Positions 9,967-19,377 of a stretch of 32,000 nt of DNA are shown piece by piece. This stretch comes from Promethearchaeota archaeon (lineage in GTDB: Archaea; Asgardarchaeota; Lokiarchaeia; Sigyniarchaeales; SOKP01), in the NCBI GenBank assembly GCA_030606485.1, contig JAUWGH010000003.1, forward strand, positions 436,548 to 468,547. The letters run 5' to 3'. Numbering within the stretch: position 1 is the first letter of the stretch; every line of letters begins with the position of its first letter. Position numbers and translations under genes: made by a program. The notes under the pieces were generated by a model. It saw only the letters and a list, made by a program, of their open reading frames with translations, was not told the origin of the DNA and did no database searches.

Positions 9967-10728
9967 TTACTTAGATAAAAAAAAGTTAGACAAAGTCTTA
10001 GATAATATGCGAATTACTTTCAAGCAAAGATTTTTATTTTTAAAACGAATTTCATCAGAAAATTCTATTTGAATTGATTTCGAAAAATTATAATTTTCTG
10101 CACCATATTTTTGAGTTATATATCCACCAGTTAGAACATATTCTTTTTGCCTTGGCCATACAGGTGCAGCAAAAATATTATTTTTATGTAATTCTTCAAT
10201 AATTAAATTTCGTATATTTTTATGATTCTCATTTTTGGGCTGACCTTCAGGAAATATTGTTTGTAAATTTTTCGTACCAATTACTATCTCTACATCCATG
10301 AAACCAGCAGGTCTCTTAGATTTTTCAAAACCATGAATATCAATTAGATATGAAATTTTCCAATTTTGATAATTATAAAAAAGTAATTTCTTCAGATTTT
10401 CATGAAAATTATTATATATTTTTTTAGATAATTTCGAATCAACAGGGTATGCTTCGTTAGGCGGTCTATTAAAGTCTATTCGACTTCTATGAACATCTGA
10501 AAAGATTAATGAGGGAGTTATTTGGGTTTTAAATTTTTCTTGACTATAGTTTTTAATTGATTCTTTTAACTTTAATGCAATTTTGATTGTATTTTTATCT
10601 ATTCCCTTTATTCCCGATTCTCTCTCGTTTAAGATGTCTTCGAATTTATTTGTACCCCCATGGGGAATTGATAAGATTAGAGGAACATTTCCTTTTTTAC
10701 AAATTATAAATATATTTTCATTCATCAT
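9967..10728 (-). CDS. N-formylglutamate amidohydrolase family protein
   Basis: PLILSIPHGG, HRSRIDFNR, IDIHGF, GGYIT and SIQIEFS match the family pattern. Confidence 0.75.
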   Translation of the reverse strand: MMNENIFIICKKGNVPLILSIPHGGTNKFEDILNERESGIKGIDKNTIKIALKLKESIKNYSQEKFKTQITPSLIFSDVHRSRIDFNRPPNEAYPVDSKLSKKIYNNFHENLKKLLFYNYQNWKISYLIDIHGFEKSKRPAGFMDVEIVIGTKNLQTIFPEGQPKNENHKNIRNLIIEELHKNNIFAAPVWPRQKEYVLTGGYITQKYGAENYNFSKSIQIEFSDEIRFKNKNLCLKVIRILSKTLSNFFLSK

Positions 10729-10848
10729 GGAATAATTGATTTTTCAAATAGAAGTGAGTTATTATCAATTAAAGTTTCTTTAGATAGATATAATTTAGTT
10801 CAAAATTTATAAATAAATGAAATTAAAAAATATAAAGTTGATCTGATT

Positions 10849-11964
10849 ATGATTATTGGAATTCCAAAAGAAATTAAAGCTGGTGAAGGAAGAGTCAGTT
10901 TAACTCCAGCTAATGTTGAAGATTTAGTTCAAATGGGTCATAATGCAAATATAGAACACGAAGCTGGCAAGATCGCAGGTTTTTCAGATGCAGAATATTT
11001 TAAAGCCGGTGGGAAAATTATTGATTCGAAAAAGAAAACATATTCGGAATCAGAAATAGTTGTGAAAGTAAAGGACCCATTTGCCGAAGAGTTCAATTAT
11101 TTTAACCCAGGTCCTATTTTATTTTCATTTTTACATTTAGCAGCAAATAGAGAATTAACTCAAACATTTGTTAATGGTAAATCTATAACATTAGCATTTG
11201 AATCAGTTGAATTAGAAAATGGCCAATTACCAATTTTAATACCAATGTCAGAAGTTGCAGGAAGAATCGGGGCAATAGTTGGTTCAAATCTATTATCCAT
11301 AAAAAGTAAAGGTTCTGGAGTATTATTAGGAGGATCATCTGGTGTTCACCCCGGGTATGTAGTAGTTTTGGGAGGAGGAACTGCTGGTAAGAATGCAGCA
11401 TTAGTAGCGGCTGGATTAGGAGCTCAAGTGATAATTTTAGAGAAAAATAATAAAACAATTAGAGATTTAAACGATATTTTACCAAAGGAAATCACTGTAA
11501 TAAAATCAAATTTGAAAAATTTAAGAGAGTATGTAAAATTAGCCGATCTCTTAATAGGAACTGTCCTAATACCCAATGCCAAAGCTCCAAGAATAATTTC
11601 TAGAGAAATGGTAAAAAGTATGAGATCTGGTTCAGTAATTGTAGATATTTCTATAGATCAAGGTGGGTGCATAGAAACAAGCCGACCAACAAGTCATGAT
11701 AATCCCACTTTTATTGAAGAAGGAATTACTCATTATTGCGTGACTAATATGCCGGGAGCATATCCTAGAACTGCAACTGAAGCATTGTCTGAAAATTTAT
11801 TCCCATATCTAGTTGATTTAATTTCAGATGAAGATATTATCAAAGTATTAAAAAATAACGCTCCATTGAGAAAAAGTGTTAATACTTTCAAGGGACATGT
11901 TGTTTTAAAACCAGTAGCAGATGAATTTGGATATCCATATAAACCAATAGAAGAACTTTTATGA
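10849..11964 (+). CDS. ald: Alanine dehydrogenase (bacterial-type, AlaDH/PNT family)
   Basis: [57 protein letters not shown] and [13 protein letters not shown]. Confidence 0.93.
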   Translation: MIIGIPKEIKAGEGRVSLTPANVEDLVQMGHNANIEHEAGKIAGFSDAEYFKAGGKIIDSKKKTYSESEIVVKVKDPFAEEFNYFNPGPILFSFLHLAANRELTQTFVNGKSITLAFESVELENGQLPILIPMSEVAGRIGAIVGSNLLSIKSKGSGVLLGGSSGVHPGYVVVLGGGTAGKNAALVAAGLGAQVIILEKNNKTIRDLNDILPKEITVIKSNLKNLREYVKLADLLIGTVLIPNAKAPRIISREMVKSMRSGSVIVDISIDQGGCIETSRPTSHDNPTFIEEGITHYCVTNMPGAYPRTATEALSENLFPYLVDLISDEDIIKVLKNNAPLRKSVNTFKGHVVLKPVADEFGYPYKPIEELL

Positions 11965-12888
11965 TAAAATATAACCATTATCTTCTTTTTTTATTATTCC
12001 TTTTTGTATAAGACGATCAAAATGATTTTGAATTATAAAATCCTCCGAGATGACAAGATAGTTTGCGAATTCTCCTTCATAATTTTTATATACTATACGT
12101 TTTTTAATTAAATCCTTAGTAGTTTTAGGAATTTTCTCACTTAAAAGGTTAAGCACTTTATTATCCCTTTCATAAATAACATTTAAATAGCGTTTTAAAG
12201 CATCTGCTATTATTTTTTTTCCGGTAAATAGACCATTATGTCCAGAGATGGCATAATCAATATCTAAACTCAAAATTTTTTTAATGGATTCTTCGAACTC
12301 GTTTACATTTGCATCTTGACAGAGATACATTGGTCCTAACTTTGATAAATCAATATCTGCCAAAAAAATTATTTTACTTTTAGGTTCAAAAAAGCTACAA
12401 TGCCCAGCAGTATGTCCTGGTGTATGAATTACTCGAACGCTTAAATCATCTCTTATAGGAATTAAATCATTATCTCGTATTATTTTAATATCATTTAAAG
12501 GCTCAATTTTTAAAAACTGCATAATTGGAAAAAATTCTTTTTCGGCTGGTGTTCCTCTGACCCCATACAAATCTATGAATAAATCTAAATCTCTAAGAGG
12601 AGGAATATCCAGATTATGGCAATAATATTCATGTTTTTTAAATAGAGCGCAACCTGACACATGGTCTTCATGCCAGTGGCTAAGATAGGTCTTTTGGATC
12701 TTAAATTCTCTCTTCAATTTCCTGATTAGTCTATGACCGATTCCATTATCAAAAAGGATTGCTGAATGACTATTTTTATCTATTTGGACTAATAAAGAGT
12801 TGGAATAAGGATATCTCGCTCGATTATTACCATAAACGATAAAGAATTCTGGAAATTCTTCCAATATTTGAGAACAAAATTGTAGCAT
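11959..12888 (-). CDS. Metallo-beta-lactamase fold hydrolase
   Basis: SHWHEDH (HxHxDH), [15 protein letters not shown] and ISGH metal-ligand motifs. Its stop codon overlaps the 3' end of ald. Confidence 0.85.
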   Translation of the reverse strand: MLQFCSQILEEFPEFFIVYGNNRARYPYSNSLLVQIDKNSHSAILFDNGIGHRLIRKLKREFKIQKTYLSHWHEDHVSGCALFKKHEYYCHNLDIPPLRDLDLFIDLYGVRGTPAEKEFFPIMQFLKIEPLNDIKIIRDNDLIPIRDDLSVRVIHTPGHTAGHCSFFEPKSKIIFLADIDLSKLGPMYLCQDANVNEFEESIKKILSLDIDYAISGHNGLFTGKKIIADALKRYLNVIYERDNKVLNLLSEKIPKTTKDLIKKRIVYKNYEGEFANYLVISEDFIIQNHFDRLIQKGIIKKEDNGYILS

Positions 12889-13011
12889 ATCTGTTAATCA
12901 TTAAAAACGATGAGATTTAAAATTTATTAATATTTAATATTATATAATTTCCCTTTAAAACAAATCTAACATAAAGAAAAAACATTAAAAAATAAATAGA
13001 AGATTTAAAAA

Positions 13012-13995
13012 ATGGATAAAAAAAAGCAAAAACTTAAGCGTATAGCGAGTCCGTATAATTTAAAAGAAACATTAGGGTATTTTATAAGAAATTTTATAGG
13101 CCCTAGCGTAAAGAATAAAGGTATTGTAGAATATATCCCAAGTTCTTATATTTTAAACGAGGGTGTTATACCTAAATATAATGTTGCCTTTATCGGTGAT
13201 ATTATGGATATGAGAGGAAAATCCGAAATTATAAGTGAAAATCTTAAAGAATTTGTGAGAGATTGTGATTATCTAATTGGTAATTTTGAAGCAACGATAA
13301 CGAAAGCAAAAGGGGCATATATGTGTCAAAAGCACATTCCACAAATTATGAATGCTCTTGCAGACCTTTTCCCTCCGGAAAAAACTTATCTTTCAATGGC
13401 GAACAACCATGCAGGAGACTTTGGGAAGGAGATATTCTTAGAATCAGTAGACAAATTGCATTCGCGAGGATTTAATATATTTGGATGGGATGAGCAACCC
13501 TATTGGGATATTAATAAAGATTTAAGAGTAACTGCAGCAACTGCATGGTCGAATCAAAAAATGGATTATGTGTTTATGTTGAAAAATGCAGGGCAATATG
13601 TAAAAAAAAATGTATTTAATCTTCTCTACCCTCACTTTGGATATGAACTTGAACTTTACCCTAGACCCAAAACAGTAGAAGAGGGAAAAAAATGGATAAA
13701 AAAGTTTGATGCTATTATAGGAACTCATTCTCATGTTCCTCAAGCGGTGACTGCCGTAAAAAGTGAAAATAACAACGGAATCAATAAACTTATAGCATAT
13801 TCTCTGGGAGATTTCTGTATTGAAGAAAAATTAAAACACTATCATTATGGAATTGTTTTAAAAATAGAAATTGGACAAAATAATGCGGGAATTTGGCAAA
13901 TTGGTTTGATTGAATGGCATTTTACTTGTTGTAAATCTCTTTCGGAAACTGAATGTATTACTACAATTGTTCCAAAATTTCCTTATTTAAAATAG
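13012..13995 (+). CDS. CapA/PGA_cap family metallophosphoesterase
   Basis: GDIM, GNFE, MANNHAGDFG, PHFGYE, GTHSHVPQ and AYSLGDF are the CapA-family motif set. Confidence 0.85.
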   Translation: MDKKKQKLKRIASPYNLKETLGYFIRNFIGPSVKNKGIVEYIPSSYILNEGVIPKYNVAFIGDIMDMRGKSEIISENLKEFVRDCDYLIGNFEATITKAKGAYMCQKHIPQIMNALADLFPPEKTYLSMANNHAGDFGKEIFLESVDKLHSRGFNIFGWDEQPYWDINKDLRVTAATAWSNQKMDYVFMLKNAGQYVKKNVFNLLYPHFGYELELYPRPKTVEEGKKWIKKFDAIIGTHSHVPQAVTAVKSENNNGINKLIAYSLGDFCIEEKLKHYHYGIVLKIEIGQNNAGIWQIGLIEWHFTCCKSLSETECITTIVPKFPYLK

Positions 13996-14025
13996 TAAAA
14001 AAATAATTTACTTTTTTAAATTTCT

Positions 14026-14796
14026 TCAGTGTTTTTCTGTTGCAAATTGTGTAATTCTGCGTTTAACTCCCTCAGATTGCGCAGTTTCAAGCATTGCAAT
14101 TGATTCACTATCTAATGTAGCTTCAAGGTTCTTATCTTGGTTTTCATTAAGTAATTTTTTTGTTATTCGAAGAGCAAGATGATCTTTTTGCACAATTGAG
14201 TTAGCAGTTTTTCTAAGAATCCTTCTAAGGCTTTCAGGTTTACAAATTTGATTAACCAAACCTATATTAAGTGCTTCTTCTGCATTGATCTCCTCACCAA
14301 GATACATAAGTTGCTTAGCTCGACCTTCACCAATTAACCGTGGTAATAATTTTGTAGAAGCATTCGAAAAGAATAACCCCATTCCTAATTCTGGAAGCAT
14401 AATTTTAGTATCTGTAGCAGCTATTCTTAAATCACAACAGAGCAGTTGTTCAAAACCTCCTCCAATGACCCATCCATGAAGACCAGCGATAATTACACCA
14501 GGATGAGCCAACATAGCTCTTGTTAATACTTGCCAGCTTTGTAGAAACTCCATTGCTTCAGCCAATCTATCAGGATTGGTAAGTAACTCATAGCCATATT
14601 TGAGATCAGCACCAACCGTGAAATGTTTTCCTTCAGCAGCATAAATTACACAAACATCTCCATTCTTAGCGCTTTTATTGAAGGCTTCAATTATTTTATT
14701 AATAGTATTTAAGTCTAAAGAATTACGCTGTTCCGGTTTATTTATTGTTATCTTACCAATATCTCCTTCTTTTTCATATAATATAATATCTTCCAT
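14026..14796 (-). CDS. Enoyl-CoA hydratase/isomerase (crotonase) family protein
   Basis: INKPEQRNSL, FTVGADL, GGGFE and LPE (both catalytic Glu positions present), AEEALNIGLVN. Confidence 0.9.
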   Translation of the reverse strand: MEDIILYEKEGDIGKITINKPEQRNSLDLNTINKIIEAFNKSAKNGDVCVIYAAEGKHFTVGADLKYGYELLTNPDRLAEAMEFLQSWQVLTRAMLAHPGVIIAGLHGWVIGGGFEQLLCCDLRIAATDTKIMLPELGMGLFFSNASTKLLPRLIGEGRAKQLMYLGEEINAEEALNIGLVNQICKPESLRRILRKTANSIVQKDHLALRITKKLLNENQDKNLEATLDSESIAMLETAQSEGVKRRITQFATEKH

Positions 14797-14940
14797 AATG
14801 CTTTCCTCTTTTTCTTTTTAAAATTAAAATTTTTATTATATAATTCGAAATACTACAAGTTTTATTATAAGCTAACATTATTTAGAATTAATTGTCTCAA
14901 TATAGGACAATTTAAGTAAATTGTTTTTAGGTTTTTAAGA

Positions 14941-15183
14941 ATGGTAAATGGTACTGTAAAATGGTTTAATAGCCGAAAAGGCTATGGTTTTATTACTTAT
15001 GAGGAAGGTTCGGAAGAAAAGGATGTCTTTGTTCATTTTAGCTCTATTAAATCTGAAGATGCTAGTTTTAAAACCTTATATGAAGGAGATAAAGTAGAAT
15101 TTAATGTAACAGAGGGACAAAAGGGTCCACAAGCTAGTGACGTAGTAGTAACTGAAAGAGCACCACAACCTAGTAGATATTAA
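14941..15183 (+). CDS. cspA: Cold-shock domain protein (CspA family)
   Basis: GTVKWFN, KGYGFIT (RNP-1), DVFVHFS (RNP-2), KGPQA. Confidence 0.95.
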   Translation: MVNGTVKWFNSRKGYGFITYEEGSEEKDVFVHFSSIKSEDASFKTLYEGDKVEFNVTEGQKGPQASDVVVTERAPQPSRY

Positions 15184-15436
15184 AACAAACGTAGTTTTCG
15201 TAATTGATTAAAAAAAGTATTAAAAAAAAATTGATTAACGAGAATATAAGAAAATTAGATTAATAAAAAAGAAGAAATAGAACAAAGAATAATCTGCATT
15301 ACTAATCTTCTTTAATTTTTATTTTTTATTTCTCAGCAATAAATAAATCAAGACCATAATTCGGCTTATTCTTATCTTTTCCATCAATACTTTTTTTTCA
15401 TAAATTCCTCTTTTGAACTTCCCACCTGAGTATTCA

Positions 15437-15721
15437 TTATTCTTTGCCACTTTCTCCTTGATCTTCATTCATTTCACTTTCTATCTCTTCGTCAGGAACC
15501 TCTTTCAGAGCCCCAAGTATTTTTAAAGCGTATTTTTTCATTCCTTCAATTTTTGAGATTCCAATTCCTTTATTAAGATCACCAACTACTAGTAAACGAT
15601 CTCCTGTCTTAATATTGAATAACCGTCTAGCTTCTTTTGGAATAACTATCTGTCCTCTTTCTCCAACTTTAACCATTCCGAAAATATATTTATCTTTATA
15701 TATTTTAGCCATCATATACAT
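15437..15721 (-). CDS. AbrB/MazE/SpoVT family DNA-binding protein
   Basis: VKVGERGQIVIPKEARRLFNIKTGDRL is the swapped-hairpin signature. Confidence 0.9.
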   Translation of the reverse strand: MYMMAKIYKDKYIFGMVKVGERGQIVIPKEARRLFNIKTGDRLLVVGDLNKGIGISKIEGMKKYALKILGALKEVPDEEIESEMNEDQGESGKE

Positions 15722-15731
15722 CTATTATATT

Positions 15732-16256
15732 TTATTTAGAATTTTCAATCTTGGATGATAATAACCTTGGAAACCATTTTCCAACTCTCTTTTTATACTC
15801 TGCATATTCCTCACTAAAAATCTTTTCTAGATCTTTCTCTTCATAAGACGCCATTCTGTCATAAAGAATAAACATTAGAATCCAGAAAATAATACAAATA
15901 AGCGACATTGATACTAAAGCGAATGCAAGATAGACTAGAAGCATACTGAGATATAAAGGATGTCGAACACGTGCAAAAACTCCGTTTTTTATAAGAGATG
16001 TTGCTTCATTATTTCCTCCAAATAAAACTTTGTGAGAAGAATTTCCTAGAATAATAGCTAAAATAAATAAACTAGCGAAGATGATTATTCGAATTAACAA
16101 CGGAATAAAAGTCGCAAGCCATATTGAGAATTGAAATATAAAAGTGTCTAAAAACCATATTAGTAAAAATGCTATAGCAAGGATGATATTAAGCTGATCT
16201 GTGTGAGGAAACTCCTTTCCTATACCACCATGCTTATGTTTATGTTTTTTTTTCAA
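15732..16256 (-). CDS. Isoprenylcysteine carboxyl methyltransferase/PEMT family membrane protein
   Basis: Several TM segments; LIKNGVFARVRHPLY and EEKDL..FSEEYAEYKKRVGKWFP. TTG start. Confidence 0.85.
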   Translation of the reverse strand: MKKKHKHKHGGIGKEFPHTDQLNIILAIAFLLIWFLDTFIFQFSIWLATFIPLLIRIIIFASLFILAIILGNSSHKVLFGGNNEATSLIKNGVFARVRHPLYLSMLLVYLAFALVSMSLICIIFWILMFILYDRMASYEEKDLEKIFSEEYAEYKKRVGKWFPRLLSSKIENSK

Positions 16257-16303
16257 TTGATATTAACCTTTTTATTTTTATTTTTTTGATTATTTTTAAA
16301 TTG

Positions 16304-16339
16304 ATCATGTAATTCATGTAATTCATGTAAATCATACTT
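16304..16339. promoter_or_regulatory. Four tandem 9-bp direct repeats (WTCATGTAA x3 plus ATCATACTT), probable operator of the ICMT-AbrB operon
   Basis: The sequence atcatgtaa ttcatgtaa ttcatgtaa atcatactt lies between a TTTATAAA box (16365-16372) and the ICMT-like start at 16256. Confidence 0.6.
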
Positions 16340-16362
16340 TATTATGAGAGTTAATTTTACTC

Positions 16363-16374
16363 TATTTATAAATA
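16363..16374. promoter_or_regulatory. Archaeal TATA box (palindromic TATTTATAAATA) in the divergent intergenic region
   Basis: The same TTTATAAA core occurs upstream of the mannosidase (9951-9958) and ald (about 10805-10812). Confidence 0.5.
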
Positions 16375-16438
16375 TTATCCAAATAAATGCTAATTTTCAA
16401 TAAAAAAATTTTTAAAATACTTTAAATTTTTCAGCATT

Positions 16439-18205
16439 ATGTCGGAAAAAAAGCGAGCATTAGTGATATTTGGTAGCCCTCGATATAAAAAATCTGCATC
16501 CTATCATCTTGGACAACATTTTGCGAATGGTTTAATAAGAGCTGGTATGGAAGTAGAAGAAATTATGCTGGTAAAACACAAAATAAACCATTGCATAGGT
16601 TGTTTTACATGTTGGACAAAGACACCTGGAAAATGTGTTCATCGAGATGATATGGATATTCTTTTACCGAAAATAAGAAATACAGATCTAATTGTTTATG
16701 CCATTCCTCTTTATATTTTTAGCGTTCCTGGTATTGTTAAAGATTTTTTAGATCGCCAGTTACCACTCGTTGAACCTTATTTAATTAAGAAAGATGGCAT
16801 CACATCTCATCCAATTCGCAATAAGTCAAAAAAAAAGGATATTTTTGTTATTAGTGTTGCTGGATTTCCAGAACGTTCCCATTTTGATGCAATGGTTGCT
16901 ATGTTTAAGAAAAAAACCAGACCTGCCGATGAAGCCTATATTGGGGATATTTTAATCGGCGGTGCAGAAAGGATGAGTAGAGATGATTCCCAAGATGGGT
17001 ATAAAGCATTATATAATTGTATCGAGCAAGCTGGTTTTGAAGTGGCTACAAATAACGCGGTCTCGAAAGAGACACAAAATTTGATCAACGAAGAGAGTAT
17101 GATAAAATCTGAAGATATTGATACTTTTATCGATATTGCAAATAAATATTGGGATTCCTTCATGCCAAAGGATTATAGTCAAGTTGAAATCAAGAAAAGT
17201 GCTGATGCAAAACCCCTAAAAATCACAGATGGTGGAATGGCTACATTCTTTGCAGGTATGTCAAGAATGTATAACCCAAATGGAATCCTTGGTTTAAAAG
17301 CCGTACTTCAATTTAATTTGGATAAAGACCAATACCATTTAATTATGGATAAAGATGTATGTTCGGCATATAGTGGCCCACACCCAAATCCAACTACGAC
17401 TATTATCTCAACAGCAGATACTTGGATGAAGATATCAACTGGTGAACTAGATGGAGCAAAAAGTTTAATGAAAGGTCTTTATAAAATTGAAGGTGATATG
17501 AGTTTATTAATGAATATGGATAAAATGTTCTCTGAGAAAGAAATTTCCGAGACTGGTTCTGAGGATATATCTGTTGAAGCTCAAAAAATTAAAAAAAAAA
17601 TCAAAAATTTTAACAATATACCAGATCATCGTGGACCTCTTAAGATTAAAGGTTCCTCATGGCTAACGATTGCTTTTATTCCTTGGATTGTACTATGGGT
17701 TTTAAATTCTATTCCTATTCTGTCAGGATTAATTCCCCGAATTATTGGAATGTGTTTCGCACTCTTTCTTCTAATGTACCATCTATTAACAAATCGCCCT
17801 ACTTTATTTGAGTTTGGAACAAGTATATACCTAATATTTTCAATGGTTTTATGCGGATTAGGTTTGGAATTCTTCATTATATATGGTTCAGCTTTAGATT
17901 ATATCTTTCTTGGTGGGTTATGGTTAGGTTCACTTCTGAAACAGTTCACATTGACAGCAGAGTACTCTAGATTAGAATATCCTAAAGTAATATGGGGAGA
18001 ATTTGTATTTACTGAAACCAATAAAATTTTAAGTGGTATATGGGGTTTATATTTCTTATTAGCAGCGGTTTTGAATCTTATAATGATCTCAGACATTTCT
18101 CTGAATCTGATTTTAGTAATTATAACATATATCTTATTGGTTCCAATGTTTATTTTCACGTCATGGTTCCAGAAATGGTATCCAGAAAAATTATTTGAAA
18201 AATAA
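16439..18205 (+). CDS. Fusion protein: iron-sulfur flavoprotein (flavodoxin-like) domain + SCP2 lipid-binding domain + multi-pass membrane domain
   Basis: GSPR, CIGCFTCWTKTPGKC (CX2CX2CX7C), PLYIFSVPG and FLDR. The middle region (AVLQFNL...TWMKISTGELDGAKSLMKGLYKIEGDMSLL) has the SCP2 pattern. About 6 hydrophobic helices at the C-terminus. Confidence 0.8.
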   Translation: MSEKKRALVIFGSPRYKKSASYHLGQHFANGLIRAGMEVEEIMLVKHKINHCIGCFTCWTKTPGKCVHRDDMDILLPKIRNTDLIVYAIPLYIFSVPGIVKDFLDRQLPLVEPYLIKKDGITSHPIRNKSKKKDIFVISVAGFPERSHFDAMVAMFKKKTRPADEAYIGDILIGGAERMSRDDSQDGYKALYNCIEQAGFEVATNNAVSKETQNLINEESMIKSEDIDTFIDIANKYWDSFMPKDYSQVEIKKSADAKPLKITDGGMATFFAGMSRMYNPNGILGLKAVLQFNLDKDQYHLIMDKDVCSAYSGPHPNPTTTIISTADTWMKISTGELDGAKSLMKGLYKIEGDMSLLMNMDKMFSEKEISETGSEDISVEAQKIKKKIKNFNNIPDHRGPLKIKGSSWLTIAFIPWIVLWVLNSIPILSGLIPRIIGMCFALFLLMYHLLTNRPTLFEFGTSIYLIFSMVLCGLGLEFFIIYGSALDYIFLGGLWLGSLLKQFTLTAEYSRLEYPKVIWGEFVFTETNKILSGIWGLYFLLAAVLNLIMISDISLNLILVIITYILLVPMFIFTSWFQKWYPEKLFEK

Positions 18206-18226
18206 ATCATTTTAAACTTTTTATAC

Positions 18227-18236
18227 TTTTTTTTTT
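18227..18236 (+). terminator. Oligo-T tract, probable archaeal intrinsic terminator
   Basis: T10 run about 20 nt after the stop at 18205. Confidence 0.4.
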
Positions 18237-18361
18237 GTAAATTATATTCTTCTTTTTGAGATCATAGGCATTACATTACAAGAAAGCAATGAAATTAGTC
18301 CTAATTTAATAAAAATAACACCCATGTATAATATTAAATAGCAATTTATCGGATAAAAAAA

Positions 18362-19282
18362 ATGAGTGAATATAATTTAAAAGGAAAAATGAAAGAGTGG
18401 GGCCCATTTGAAGAGAAGGAAGGGCAATGGGCAATTTTTTCAGTAGGAAATCCAGATGAAGGTCATGGTTTAGCATTACCACGTATCATTGATGATTTAC
18501 ATGCTAAGAAAGTCGCACATGAAGTAGAATTTAAAACTGGGCAACGATATGTAGCACACATCCCATATACAACCGATAGGTGTGGACATGTGGCAAGGGA
18601 TTGGTCTCCATCTTATATTCCTATGGAAGAATTCAAATCGAAATCGGTTGAATTTATGCGAAATCATTTAACTATTTTAGAAGAGAGAGGGATTGGTGTC
18701 TCTAAGGTTATGCTTCTTAATGGTCATGGTGGAAATGAAGATTTTCATAAATATAAAGATGAGATAGAAAGAGAATTAAACTTGGAAGAATTTGTATCTG
18801 AGTCTGCTTTTATATCAATTGATGCAATCAGAATCATTTTAAAAGAATTAAAAATATTAGCAAAAGAGCAAATTGAAACAAAAGGTATGGTTTTTGGTTT
18901 TGATGACTCAAAAGAATTGGTAAATTATTATACCAAACTCCTTATGACTGTTGCCCACGCTTCTCACGTAGAACATTCGCTTGCAGCTGCGTTAGGTGTC
19001 TGTGATATGAATAAAGTTGATATAATGAATTCTTTTTTAGAGAAGGATTTTAAGGGGGCGTTGAAAAAATGGCCACCCATTGGAGGGTTAGGAGGATACT
19101 TACTTGCTGGAGGGAAATATACTAAGGCACTGGGAACAGAGGAAGATGATAAATTTGGTTTATTTACCTGCTTAAAAGGATTAAGAGATATTAATAATGG
19201 GAAATTGGTTGTTATTCCTGAATTGGGGCATCTTATCTATCGAATTAGCATAGATATGAAATCTAAGAAATTACTATCTTGA
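18362..19282 (+). CDS. Creatininase family amidohydrolase, ArfB-like (archaeal formamide hydrolase)
   Basis: GNPDEGHGLALP..ID, NGHGGN and HASHVEHS metal motifs. The G-x3-E-x-HG spacing resembles ArfB as I recall it; substrate not established. Confidence 0.7.
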   Translation: MSEYNLKGKMKEWGPFEEKEGQWAIFSVGNPDEGHGLALPRIIDDLHAKKVAHEVEFKTGQRYVAHIPYTTDRCGHVARDWSPSYIPMEEFKSKSVEFMRNHLTILEERGIGVSKVMLLNGHGGNEDFHKYKDEIERELNLEEFVSESAFISIDAIRIILKELKILAKEQIETKGMVFGFDDSKELVNYYTKLLMTVAHASHVEHSLAAALGVCDMNKVDIMNSFLEKDFKGALKKWPPIGGLGGYLLAGGKYTKALGTEEDDKFGLFTCLKGLRDINNGKLVVIPELGHLIYRISIDMKSKKLLS

Positions 19283-19377
19283 AATAATTTATATTCAAGT
19301 CATCTCTATTTTTATAATCAAATAATATTATTAACCAAATAATTGATTTTTAAAAGGATTAATTAAATGATTAATTA

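Noticed and set aside
15300-15436. Possible 21-aa minus-strand peptide (MEKIRISRIMVLIYLLLRNKK) downstream of AbrB, as a toxin partner
   Set aside because: No motif or clear ribosome-binding site. No PIN or MazF toxin is adjacent, so a toxin-antitoxin module is not supported.
16304-16339. Tandem repeat read as a CRISPR array
   Set aside because: The units are 9 bp with no spacers, and there are no cas genes in the window.
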